Notes: generated by a model not told the origin, from the letters alone. A stretch of DNA of 38,720 nt from Catajapyx aquilonaris (GCA_000934665.2 KZ538958.1:1-38720); one strand, 5' to 3'; shown: positions 11,969 through 24,151, numbered from the stretch's first letter. A program made the numbers and translations.

Positions 11969-13499
11969 ATGGCAGAAAGTCTGCCAGTTCACATGGAATG
12001 CTTCATATGTATATAAATTTTAATTTGGGTTTTATTATCCTTAAAAAAGGGACACATACTCTCTTGTTATACTAACATCTTGGAGAGTGTTAAGTTGCAT
12101 CAGCAGCCATTATACACTATATTACAAAAAAACCTTTTGCTCCCATCTGGAATTAGGTAACTGAAATTATTTTCCACCCTTGTGAATTTCATGATGTTTT
12201 TGTAACATGGAGGAGTACATGTTCAGAAAATAAGATAGTATAAGATTTTGGATAAGAACATGTTTTTTCTTGTTTTTCAAATACTAGTTTTACACCCTTG
12301 CAATACATTGCAATTCTGTAATCAAGGAGCTGTGATTGTTACAGGTGTGCACAAATTTATAAGCTCAAGGAAGTAAGAATAAAATTGTGACAGCTACACA
12401 CCCTGAAATGACACTAGTTTCAATATATCAAATAACCTCGCAGGTCCCCTGCACTACAAGAAATGTTAACTATACAATTCTACAGAGTGAAAGGAAACAC
12501 CTATGATGATACACAACCTCAAGAGTTCATGAAGTTACATGGAATGTACAGTACTGCTCATAAAGAATGGTATGACCACGGTCTAGTAATACTGGGTATG
12601 GCTCTATAAAAGAACTTTTCATCCTGGCTGTCGAGGGCAACCCCAAACACATGCCGGGGATGGTGAGTGGGTGCGGCCAGGTCAGCCTGATGCCTTGCTG
12701 GGGAGGTAAAAACAAGGTTACACTAATACTGAGGGCATAATTATGTAGCCTTGAAGCAACATACTGTTGCTAAATGCTCATTGCAGTGATGTCCGTGCTG
12801 AATAAAAGAATTGATCATCACAAAACTACACCTCTACCTTCATTCCAAGTGGCAGGAAAGGAAGCTGCTCGAAGCAGGAACTCAGACAAGGTGTCATGCG
12901 TGCAGCTTCACACGTGAAGTGATTACAGGTCCGAAACACGTAAAGAAAGAAACCAAGAAGCTAATGAACGAAAAACGCGAATAACACCATCTGTGGAGGC
13001 TGACCATTCGGCATTAATGGAACTGATACTGTGCAACCAACATGTGTTAGTTTCCATGTCACATTTCATTGTGAGACGTAACAGGTTTTGTCCGTGGCCA
13101 CTTAATGCCACGCATTCGGCCCACAGAGCGAATCTCTTGGTCAGAATGAGGGCTCGCACGTCAAACAGTGGACCGGAGAAATGTTTCTCTCTTGTAAAGG
13201 TGTCATTTAAGCAGGAGGGGTACGGCTATTTATGATCACCCATCACAATCATTGTCGCATAGCTGACAGTCGCAACGACAACCCACGCAACAATTGCATC
13301 AGCATGAGGATATTACCTGGGGACAAGGGTTACACACAGCACTGGAATCCATGACATCAGGCTTGAAATGAAAGGTGAGTGGTTTAATTTGTCAGACTTA
13401 CCCTACTTGTGTGAAACGTCGCGTAATGTAGCTTAGCAATTTTGGGAGAGCATGCACTGCGATGAAAGGATGGCTGCATTCCGTGCACGCCGCTGCAGC

Positions 13500-14105
13500 C
13501 AATCAAAGATGGCGTGCGCCATATTGAGCGTGCCCAAGCGGAATCAGCACATTGTTATCCTGTTTCTGACAGCTAGTGGCAATAGACCAACGGAAATCCA
13601 ACCGTGGATGCTTATGATGTATGGTGCCAGTTATATGGCAAAGACAACCATCATGGAGTGGTGCTGGCGATTCCGAGATGGTAGACCATCTGTGGCCTAC
13701 CTTCCCTTACTAGGAAAGGAAATCACACATGCCATCATTGCAAGTGTGGACCAGCTGATAAGGGAGGACAGTGTGGGTGCATCTGTCTTATTTGGATGCT
13801 ATAGTCAGAATTAGTTATGGTACAGTGTTCACAATTGCCCATTACCACCTGGAGTACCACAAGATTAGCACACAGTGGGTACCCAGGTACCTAAAGCAGG
13901 AGCTGTGCATGGGATTGTCACTGGAACATCTTCAACATCAGCACCACTCCACAACAGTTGTCTTTGCCAAGATGATGATACTGGACACGATAAGCATCCT
14001 CTGATGGATTTCTGCAGGTCTGTTGCCCTTGGCCGCCAGAAATTGAATAACAGTGCAGTGATCCTTCTTGGTCATGCTCGACAGTGCGCACGCCATCTTT
14101 GATTG
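13500..14105. mobile_element. Mariner relic whose 5' end is duplicated in inverted orientation
   Basis: ORFs 13452 (+) and 13938 (-) encode homologous mariner N-termini (QSKMACA...VIxFLxAxGNRPxEI...AKTTxxEWC). Arms at 13500-13666 and 13939-14105. Confidence 0.75.
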
Positions 14106-15034
14106 TCTGTGGTGGCGTGGACAGTATGCACGCACAGACTCTTACCTATGCATTTTGGAGATAATCTAAGTGGTACTATTTTGCTGTGGTAGAAGTTTCA
14201 AGTCCCAGCGTTCAGCAGTATCCTTTCCAGATGCCACGAATGGGTTTCATTTGATTTGCCCTAATATAGAAGCTGCTATATTTCACTCCCTACCTGCGAA
14301 TATTGGGCACCTTCATTGGGGAACAAAAGGCTATACACAAAAAAAAAAAAAAAACATTGGCCAAAATATGTGATAGCTTAAAGGACCTGGACACTTGGAA
14401 CACCCTGTATCTGCACATTAGAAGATCTGTACTGCCTGCATTCAAGATTGAATAACCATTGAAATTGATGCTACTGGCTGAAGAATTTACAAGCTTTCCA
14501 GCAATACCCATTTTATGCTTGTATGTCTAAATAAAACTTGGAAAAATTGGAAACTGTAACAATAAAATTGATGATGTTTTTCTTCTATTAATGGCCACAA
14601 CATGAAGAGTTTTTTTTCCCTGAGAAAAGAGGTGCGGCACAGCTTTCCAGCTCATGCTGCTGTGACTCATGTCTTTCACCATGTGAAGCACAATTAGCAA
14701 GAAATTATTCATCAGAGCAGAATCATATGCCTAAAACATAACAGAGTTATGAATTGCTTAGCCTGTTGCTGCATGTACTCTACCTGCTCATTCTTGTTCA
14801 GTAAGCTTAGGTGTGGCAACACTGACAAAACTGCATAGATAATGACAATAGTGAATGTTGCATAGTGACGTATTGCATAATAACACTGCTGACAATACCA
14901 GTAAATAAAGCTTGTGAGAGCAGTCGAACTAGAAAAGGAATGTAGAATTCCTCGCTCCCCGCTTCCCAGCCCACGTACGTACTGGCTGGGGATACAACAG
15001 TAAAAGTTAATTACTATCCATAAATCCTAATTCG

Positions 15035-15118
15035 AGGCTATCTAAAATCACCTAGAAGTTTATAAAATCAAGTAGAGCTACTTGATTTTGTAAACTTCTA
15101 GGTGATTTTAGATGGCCT
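15035..15118. repeat. 84-bp hairpin (41-bp arms, 2-nt loop)
   Basis: aggctatctaaaatcacctagaagtttataaaatcaagtag-ag-reverse complement, with two mismatches. Confidence 0.9.
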
Positions 15119-15241
15119 ACATATAGTTCTACATTATGGAATCAAGGTCAGAATGTAAGCATATTTACACATTCTGGCAGCCAACTTGAAGCAGTCACAT
15201 AGGCATACCTAAATACAAAATTGTTGTTTTACTTTGTTGAA

Positions 15242-15764
15242 CCCTGGAACCGTGACTTGCCTGAAAGTTACATTAACCATGACTTGGGGTCTTTTCGGAC
15301 CCCATCCATATTTTAACTTTTATTAATTTTTACATAATACTTTTCAATGTTTTGACTCTATCATTCTTTGAACAATGCCTAAAATGATAGCTAATCTCTA
15401 TCTCTATAAATAAGGAAGTTTGTCAGTTTGGATGTTTGTCCCTTATAGAAATTAGCATATCGGGAGTTACATTTTTCAAGGAATTTAATGCTGCATGTTT
15501 CAGCTTCCGAAAATGAACCTAACACCCATAACACGCATATTCCCAATTAACCAATTATCAATTACCTATTTAACAATATTCATAGATACGTTGTAGGCCT
15601 ACCACCATAACATACCCGGGCAACGCCGGGTAACCTGCTAGTTCAAAATAAACATGCACTTCCTGTTATATACTTAAAAAATGGCAACAGTTCATTGTAA
15701 TTATCATTTTAATACACTTTAATTCCTTCGGGGTCCTAAAAGACCCCCCGTCACGGTTCCAGGG
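15242..15764 (+). mobile_element. piggyBac-like MITE family B, copy 1, carrying a Helitron insertion
   Basis: TIR ccctggaaccgtgac / gtcacggttccaggg, flanks tgaa and ttaa, subterminal ggggtc-N-gacccc palindromes. Colinear with 30039-30321. Confidence 0.85.
15395..15641 (+). mobile_element. Non-autonomous Helitron (247 bp)
   Basis: 5' TC, 3' hairpin acccgggcaacgccgggt followed by CTAG, inserted between A and T with no TSD. Empty site gctaa|ttcaaaa is present in the MITE copy near 30195. Confidence 0.88.
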
Positions 15765-16936
15765 TTAAGATATTGCTCTTATGTTGGGGTAAGCAGTCAC
15801 ATTAACGACATGCAAAGGCCCTAGGCACAGAATAAATCCATCTATTCAGAGCTACATCACATAAGAAAATGTTCCTCCCCCCCATTATCACCTCCCTTCT
15901 CCCACTTTCTTGGCTGTTCAGAATTTTTGACACATACAGGTAAGTTGGGGTAAGTGCGACAATGGGGAAAGTGTGAAATTGCTTCTAATATGTAGCACAA
16001 GGTGGCAGGAGCTATCGAAAATTACATAAATATTCACGGCGACCTTTGCCTACTTTGCTAAAAGTAGCACGATAATCTTCTTTCACAACATTTACAAAAA
16101 ATGGCCGCCAAGCTCTGGGTGGAGTTTTAACTTTTCCGGCGAATATGTAAGTATCTTTTGCAGAATTTCTGACGAGTCTTGAATCTCATGCTGCGTAACC
16201 GCTCCGGCACTGTACATAAGAGGTTAAGGTGTACTATATCACGCTGTTATTGTTCCGTTTTGGTGGCATAATCAGGCCGGTTTTTAAAAAGGGGGAGCAC
16301 TTGCCCCTAACTAGACATCGTCAGGGGCAAGTGCATACGGTACCCAATTAATATGGGTATTTGGATCGAAATGCGATAGTGGAGGAATATAGCTTATATG
16401 AGGATGCATCTGCCAAAAGCAGCTATCTTCGCCGAACCCTATTCCGAGAAAATGCCACTTTTTTAGTTATGAGTTGTGTAACCGAAGTAATTGTGATCAT
16501 GCCACAATCAAGAGCTTAAGTGCCTGTCATGATTGGCAGAATTCAACAAAATCAGGCTCCTTAACCTTTTGTCCTATTGCCTGAAGAATATTTGAAGATA
16601 GCCAACGTTGGCTTTTCCATTGCAAACGGTAAGTTTTGCTCTGAGAATTTCCTGAAGTGCCGGCAGGTAAATTGTACCAAATGCCCTGTACTCCTGATTA
16701 TCATCCATGGTAATGAATGTGCTGGTGTGTCTGGATAAGTGGAACACACGGATAATCCGAAAATGGTCATAGATATCATAAAATGAACTACAGTATTCTG
16801 AGATTTTTAATGAACTACAGTATACTGTACATAGTGTACATGTCGCTTTAATTAAGTATAATCAAAATAATAAAACTTCCCATCGATTTTTAGTTGGTTT
16901 TCTGAATAAAGTGTGTTATAGTACTTTGTGAGATAC

Positions 16937-17517
16937 ACTGCACTACCGATTATCTGGGCTAATGAATGCACGAGTGTCGCCAAATAATTAAAAAACACAG
17001 ATAATAATCAATAAAAGGCCATAGATACAGTAAAAATGAGCCATTCACAGGTTTTTAATGTAAATTACTACTGTACATATCGAGCACTGTATAGAGGGTG
17101 AAAGGTCAGAATGGCGCATGAGCCTGTAAGGGAATTTTACATGAGAGGGAAAAAAACCTTTCATTATATCAATATTCATTATAATTTCCCTCTCACGTAA
17201 AATTCCCTTACAGGCTCATACGCCCTTCTGACCTTTCACCCTCGATATGGTGTATGATGCTTTAAATCAGGTTTAATAAAAATAATAAAACTTGCCACAG
17301 ATTTTTAGTTTGTCTTCTAGAAAAAGGCTGTCATATTTCTTCGTTTGCGAGACTCATCGACATTTTTTCGGACTGTTATTTTAAATGTTACTTTTTGGTG
17401 ATGCATGGATAATAATTGGGAGTATAGTGTATATCGACCTTTTTCGCACTTTCATTTTAACTTTTGTTTTTGGCGATGCACGGATAGTCCACACCTGGAT
17501 AATAGGGAGTATAGCGT
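16937..17517. mobile_element. Degenerate Tigger-like MITE; a related left end is at about 1388-1460
   Basis: cactgcactaccgattatctgggctaatg is similar to cactgtactcccgattatccaggctaatg at 1388. Inverted end ctggataatagggagtatagcg at about 17497-17517. Confidence 0.5.
17092..17245. mobile_element. Small TA-flanked hairpin MITE (about 60-bp TIRs)
   Basis: gagggtgaaaggtcagaa...agcctgtaagggaattttac.tgagagggaaa and its near-perfect reverse complement, TA on both sides. Confidence 0.8.
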
Positions 17518-18604
17518 ACTGCTCCTATATCCCCACCAGTGTCATTAGCAGAAATGCATTTGTGGGGAAAACAGTAGGAAAAAACCCGAATCCTCCATCT
17601 GGAACGATTCCATACTAAAATTGGGCTAAGAAGCCGTCTTTGACTGATCCATCAGATTTCATCATTTTATTTTGGCCCCAATAAAACTCATTTAGATCTG
17701 GCTCTTTGGCTCATTAGGTGCGCCTTTACTTGAAGATTTGTGTGAAGAAGTGGTGTTAAGTCAAAAAACCACAAAAATCAAAGATAGCCACTTTTGGTGG
17801 GTGCCTCCTCATATGTTTTATACAGTCATGCCGCTTTAAGTGAGGTAATACGGTACTAGCATATTAATTGCGTATTGCATTCAACCTCTCTGGAGAAGTC
17901 TTCTGCAGGATCCAACTGTTCACCTTGGGCAGCACAAAATAACATTCTGCATGTGAAATAACATTAAATGATTGCTATTGTCATAAAGATATAGTCAATA
18001 GGCATTTCATATTTGGCATATTTCTGCCAGAATGAGTTTTTGCCCATTGTTACTGCAGTGGCAACATTATTATTATTATTTTTTGTAGTGCCTCTTCATA
18101 ATTGATGTGGGTGGTTTTCTTTTACCTTGTATGGTGCCAGCAGCCTTTGAAAATCACACAATACCTAATCTTAAAATCAGCTGATTTCAAGAGGTGTGCA
18201 CTCCATTAGTATTGGCACATAAACAGACAATTTCAGGTATTTAAAAAAATTATTGGTCATGAATAGAACAATTTTTACCATGATACTCAAATAATAATTT
18301 TAAAAATCAACATTTGTAATGAGTTTATTGCATAAATTGATGAATCAATGTGATATACTCTGACTGTGTATGTGCATATGCTGCCTAGTGTTTTTCCCTT
18401 TCTGATTGGTTTCTGCCAGAGACTCCCCCAGCTGCATCCAATTTGATATGGGAGGCACACTCATGCCCCATTCGATAGCGGCTAACACATCGTTAGCACA
18501 CGTTAAAAGGGCTCCTAACGATCCATTAGGAGCTATTGGATCGGCAATTTCGGTTGGTGCAATCGGGCATCATTCAGACTCCTTTTTTTCTTCTTCATAT
18601 ATAT

Positions 18605-18974
18605 CAGGGGTTCCCAACCTTTTCGTCATGACACCCCCCTTTTCGTTTTCACCAAACACNNNNNNNNNNNNNNNNNNCCCCCCCCCCCCAATAAATTTCA
18701 GCAAGAGTATCTAGAAAGAAATTTTATAACTGAGGAATAAAAACCTGTTGAAATAGGGGCAACAACCAAAAATTTTTGGGGGGGTTCAAGGTCACAAAGT
18801 TTAGGTGAATGTAGCTGACAAAGTACAGTGGAATCTTCCTACACTGTAAGCACATCGGATACTAGCGAGGAGAAAAGTCGGTCCCTTCATATTTCCAGCA
18901 GCACCAAGCGGAAACATGTTACATTATTTTAAACATTTCTCATGGCCTCACGCCCCCCAGGTTGGGAACCACTG
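18605..18974. mobile_element. hAT (Charlie-like) MITE spanning a short N run
   Basis: TIR caggggttcccaacct / aggttgggaaccactg; 8-bp flanks atatatat / atttatat. Confidence 0.75.
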
Positions 18975-19420
18975 ATTTATATGGTATATGAGGGTCTTTG
19001 ATTGACCATGGCCATGTTCCAGAAGGACGCTGCAGTTGGTGTAGCAAATTTGACCATGCCTCTGCTATCCATATGTCCACAAAAGCCTCCACAATGATGT
19101 TCATTAGTGATTATCTCATGTTCACCCCTCAGATGGCACTCCAATATAGGTTACAGTCAGAATGATATGGATTTTCCAGCTGTTAAGAGAGCAAGTCTGA
19201 CTGGCGACAAATCAGAGATAAAGGTGCAAGATATGGTTCACGTACTACAACTTGGCGAAAAACCCACTTTTCCTGCAACTACACTGACCTGAATTCACTT
19301 AATTAAACTAAGTATCGTGCAGTGGAATGGTGACCATAAGAAAGCATGAAAAAAACCTCTGAAGATTATGTTACAATGATATTACTCATACAACGCATAA
19401 AAGAATGAATCCAGACCCCC

Positions 19421-19867
19421 TCATGCTTCTTTCTTCCTCTTGGCATTGTAGGCCGTTGGTCCTAAGTGCCTGCACCTCTGTTTATACATGTGTGACATAA
19501 GTGCATAGATCCCAGGGCAAAACAGAAACAAAAGGTAGAGCCTCATAGCAGTAGGCAGATGGAACGCAAAGTTGAGTTGGTTTGGAAGAGAAACTGAGAA
19601 GCGGCCAGTTTCTTCGCTGTAGGGGATGCTTCGCAGCATGATGATCCCCTCACAGATGAAACCTAGAGGGTAGAGGAGAATCCACAAGGTGTAGCGCAGC
19701 CAGGTAATCAGGGGCAGCTGCTTCCCATATGTCTGGAGCATGTAGTATGGGTAGCGTATGACCTCCACCGAGGACCATATCATGAAGAGGTACAAGACCA
19801 CTGGCTTAGTCTGCATGCGGGGCTCAGCATCAATCATGCAGAACAGAATAAACAATCGGCCACCAAT
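19421..19867 (-). CDS. HACD3: HACD3 terminal coding exon (PTPLA catalytic region)
   Basis: IGGRLFILF...WSSVEVIRYPYY...WLRYTLWILLYPLGFICE...KRKKEA-stop. Has the Y-x6-E catalytic pair of the Phs1/HACD family and a C-terminal KKxx ER-retrieval signal. Spliced total 73+153+148 = 374 aa. Confidence 0.95.
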   Translation of the reverse strand: MGGRLFILFCMIDAEPRMQTKPVVLYLFMIWSSVEVIRYPYYMLQTYGKQLPLITWLRYTLWILLYPLGFICEGIIMLRSIPYSEETGRFSVSLPNQLNFAFHLPTAMRLYLLFLFCPGIYALMSHMYKQRCRHLGPTAYNAKRKKEA

Positions 19868-20370
19868 CTGGAAATGGAAAAACAAGATTATGTATGGGAT
19901 GGTAATTTTTCTGAAAATACTGGTAATGGCCTGTGTCAGGCAAGAATGGCAGCAATAGGCTGAGTTAGACAAGTTATTATGTTCATATTAGTACAAAATA
20001 GATCCCTGTGCTGACCATGTTCTGGTCAACAGCAGTTTACCACATCAAAATGGTGTGCACGCTGCTCAGCATTCAGTGGGGGGATGCCATCCAAAGTGTC
20101 CATTCTGAAAGGACCACACTCATGACAATTCTATGGGCTCAAATGTCATTGCATTGAACGAGATGAACTGGGATAACAATTATTGAATCAGTTGTTTCGA
20201 AAAGGACTTAAGTCCAGAGGGATGTACCATATTGATTTACAAGTATTTTGCCACAAATAGTGCCCTTACAGGTCAGAAAATAGGCACAAATCCTCCTGAA
20301 ACCAAATGCACTGGTGCCATAATTGTGGCAACCTCTCTATGGCCTCCAGGAACCACGTTTTGGAGGACAC

Positions 20371-20739
20371 CAGCCCACGGACACTTATACTACGTTCTGG
20401 CGTTATCACCTGCCGAGGCATTTTGCATCGGGCGCTCACCTGAGAGCGCCATGAGACATTTCGAGGCCACGATAAGTGGCGACCCTACCGGACTATAGGC
20501 TGAACTTTATAGGTACGAAAGGGGAGGGCTACATACTGGCCCAACATGGCCGCCGGCGGCCATGTTGGGCCCCCCAATGTAGCCCTCCCCTTCGTATCTA
20601 TAAAGTTCAGCCTATAGTCCGGTAGGGTCGCCACTTATCGTGGCCTCGAAATGTCTCATGGCGGTCTCAGGTGAGCACCCGCTGCAAAACGCCCCGGCAG
20701 GGGGCGGGTGGGAGTGACCAGACCTTACTTATATGACCG
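20371..20739. mobile_element. GC-rich fold-back element with a spacer-less palindromic centre
   Basis: Arms of about 145 bp (20409-20554 / 20555-20702), degenerate further out. Flanked by direct repeat tggaggacac at 20361-20370 and 20740-20749. Confidence 0.75.
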
Positions 20740-20882
20740 TGGAGGACACACTCCCACACAACTGCACAGTTCTCTGGGAATAGGTGCGCCGCACCATCAA
20801 AGAGTGATTCCTGCAGGGTCTGGAGAGGCCAGTGCAATCAACTCCAGGAGGATTCTATCCATAAGGGAAGCCTTAGATAGAT

Positions 20883-20931
20883 CCTTACAGGGAAGCAGAT
20901 AGACATACCGTCTATCTGCTTCCCTGTAAGG
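20883..20931. repeat. Perfect 22-bp hairpin with 5-nt loop
   Basis: ccttacagggaagcagatagac-atacc-gtctatctgcttccctgtaagg. Confidence 0.9.
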
Positions 20932-21370
20932 GGACTGTATTTGTGGCAAAAAAAAAAAAAATTAAAATCTATATGGTATGGCTCTGTGGACTTTTCGAAA
21001 CAACTTATTCAATTGTCCTTGCCATGTTTTTCCCCTCCTTTTGTACATTTTCTTCAAACTTACAGTAACAAAGCTGCTGCTGGTTGTCTCCAATCAGATA
21101 TGTCATATGCGTCAGAAAACTCCAGAAGTCTCACTAGAGGGTGCAAAACAATCCCCTACTGGCAGTATTTTCATGGCTGACCCTGTCAGCAATGCATGCA
21201 TGAGCTACCAGAGAATATTGCTGTGCTCGGTCCCCCAGGAAGAGTTCCCCCACATCTATGCATTTACTTACAATCATATTATTTGCAGTTACTTGAGAGA
21301 AGAATGCTCTCATTTTGCTGTAAAAGCATAGTATAGGATATAAATCCCACATATCCAGAATCAGTTAAAG

Positions 21371-21465
21371 CAGGGGTTCTTAACGTTTTCGGGCCTCCAC
21401 ACCGCTTTGAAGACAGTTGGTCCTTGCCGCACAGGGGTGCAGGGACCCCAGGTTAAGAACCACCG
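21371..21465. mobile_element. 95-bp hAT MITE
   Basis: TIR caggggttcttaac / gttaagaaccaccg; perfect 8-bp TSD agttaaag (21363-21370, 21466-21473). Confidence 0.85.
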
Positions 21466-21666
21466 AGTTAAAGTAATGAACAAAATTAATGCTTCTTTGC
21501 ACTACCTGGCAGTGCGTGGCTGTCATAGTTCCTACTGTGCAATGATAACACAGGCCAACAAAAAAAAATCTTTCTGTTGCATGAGATTTTTCAACTGATT
21601 CTAAGTATTTTTTCAACGCTGATTTCAAATCTGAAATCGGTTTTCCTCTACATGTTCTACTATCTG

Positions 21667-22668
21667 TTTATTTAATATAGAGCCCTGTGTTTGACTGTAA
21701 ACAACTCCCAGGCACATTATCCAAAAAAATAATGGCATGTATCGTTAGAAAGCTTGTTTAAATCCACGTTACATATATGCGAGTTGTTTTCCTATCATCA
21801 GTCTCTAATTTTTTTTTGTAAAAAGAAGGCGGAAAAGTGTCATTTTTTGACTAGTTGCCGACGTTACACCGCAAAGTGAATTTTTTATGACACTTTCAGG
21901 AGGCCAAAAAAATCCACCTGTGAAACCTGGATGCACATCTTTGTCTATCTAATGATATATTTGAAACATTGAGATCGCCATTTCTGTAATCATAATTAAG
22001 TTAATTGCACACCTCTGTTATCTCGGCTGTTTATAATCCGAATTACTTCATGAATGTATCGACGGCAAGCCAGAAATGTCCATGATAAGATTACAACGTG
22101 CTCTATTACACTAAATTTTTTAAAAGTATTGTTTTAGTAAGTTTAATAGAAAAGGACCCAGCCTGCTTTCTGGCGGGAATAGACGGCGATACTTTTAAAT
22201 ACTTTAAAAATTTTTAGTGTAATAGAGCACGGTGTAATCTTATCATGGACATTTCTGGCTTGCCGTCGATACATTCGCGAAGTAATTCGGATTATTAACA
22301 GCCGAGATAACAGAGGTGTGCAATTAACTTAATTATGATTACAGAAATGGCAATTTGAAAGTTTCAAATATATCATTAGATAGACAAAGATGTGCAGTAT
22401 CCAGGGTTCACAGGTGGATTTTTTTGGCCTCCTGAAAGTGTCATAAAAAATTCACTTTGCGGTGTAACGTCGGCAACTAGTCAAAAAATGACACTTTTCC
22501 ACCTTCTTTTTACGAAAAAAAATTAGAGACTGACGATAGGAAAACAACTCGCATATATTATGTAACGTGGATTTAAACAAGCTTTCTAACGATACATACC
22601 ATTTTTTTGGGGGGATAATTTGCCTGGGAGTTATTTACAGTCAAACACAGGGCTCTATATTAAATAAA
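21667..22668. repeat. 1-kb fold-back: near-identical inverted arms of about 460 bp around a spacer of about 70 bp (family C)
   Basis: 21667-22130 is the reverse complement of about 22198-22668. Related sequence occurs at 26420-26455 plus 27050-27105 and at 37522-38460. Confidence 0.92.
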
Positions 22669-22869
22669 AAGGTAGCAGTTTTCAATGCAATATGAAACTT
22701 GTGATTCTCGGGGAAAAAAGGACACCCATTGCTATTTACACTGGGGATAGCTTTAGAATAATTAGACTTGGAGCGACCATATCAAGCTTGGCTTGACGAA
22801 ACAGTTCTTGAAGGCATTAAGTCCTAATGGTAAAGGTTTTCAAGAATCACAATATGCATTACTGCTTGA

Positions 22870-23582
22870 AAAAAAATATCGAAAAATTATGTCCCAATTT
22901 TAAAACACTATAAGTCGAAAACTAGTAGACATATCTACATGATTTAAGTTTTGAAATGTTACAAAATGTTAAACGTTTTGGTCTCACATTAGTTTGTTTC
23001 GATATGAGCTTCATTTGTCACTGGAGAAATAACAAAGATGGTATCTGGTCTCGAGCCAAACGCGCTCAATCGTATCTGCAGATACTGCTGTGATTCTAAC
23101 CCGTAGGTGCTGGAAGATGACTGGCCTTTACACCACAAACATTGTTCTTGATGATGCACATTAAAAGTAGCCTCATACAAACAATCCTGCCATAGGAAAG
23201 TTTCACTTGTTCAGCCTCCCAGTGTGCGAAGTCGTGAATGAGAATTTTCCCAGTGCCTGGCCCCCCAGAAGCCCAGATCTTACCCTGATGGACATTTTTG
23301 TGGAGATACATGTATGGTGAAAAGATCAGGTATCTCTATCACCTATGGGAAACGATTGCAACAGTAACACCAGACATGATATGTCAGAGCTGGTTAGGCA
23401 TGACAGCGATTACAATATTTACATTTGCCGAGAGACAAATGGAGCTCATATCAAACCGAACTAAGGTGAGACCAAAACATTGGACATTTCTTAGCATTTC
23501 AAAACTTAAATCATTAAGATATGTCTACAAGTTTTCGAGTTATAGGATTTTAAAATTGGGACATTATTTTTTGATATTTTTT
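22870..23582 (+). mobile_element. rosa-like Tc1/mariner relic with its 3' end duplicated in inverted orientation
   Basis: Inverted arms of about 160 bp; internal WPPRSPDLTLMD motif at about 23258-23295; the arm includes the NGAHIKPN-stop transposase end. Confidence 0.7.
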
Positions 23583-23794
23583 GACTTTTTTCAAACTTGA
23601 ATGCATATTGTTATGCACCTACGACTTTTTGTGAATAAAAAATGAATATATCTTTACCAAGACAATTGTTTAAGCCTAATTTTAAGACCGTATGACCACA
23701 AATTCCTCAGTGAGATCATGTCATCATGCGACAGGTGCCAAAATGTCCCGAAAACCAAAATTTTGAATTATACAAAATGCTATAGCTTACAGAG

Positions 23795-24151
23795 GGGGAG
23801 GTGTGGTGGCCGTGATGGTAACGTCCTGGCTTGCTGAGTGAAAGGCCCCAGGTTCGATCCCCGCCTGGGGAACTTTCCTTTCACCTGCGTCAGGAGGGTC
23901 TCTGACCTACACCAAGGAGGTGTCTGGCAACCTAACCTCCTGGGGAACAGCACATGACCCCTTTACAGATCTTGCACTTGCACCTATATGTTCCCTCCCC
24001 AAAAATCCCTACCCCTACCCTACATCCTTGACTCCTTGCACCGGTGATGAAGTTAAAAAGAAAATTGGAGAGTAATGGTGGTATTCCACCCCCCTAAAAA
24101 GGCTAAGCCTTATCAAGGGGTAACGTAAAATAAAAAATAAATAAATAAAAA
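23795..24151 (+). mobile_element. tRNA-derived SINE family 1, copy 2
   Basis: A/B boxes, A-rich tail, TSD tatagcttacagag (23781-23794, 24152-24165). Confidence 0.92.

Noticed and set aside
12900..13240. Possible LTR-retrotransposon RNase H remnant (VEADHSAL)
   Set aside because: A single short motif with no supporting RT, integrase or LTR features.
18660..18677. N run here, and poly-G/C tracts with N at about 2410, 26520, 32418 and 33914
   Set aside because: Uncertain base calls in homopolymers; G-quadruplex or other function cannot be supported.
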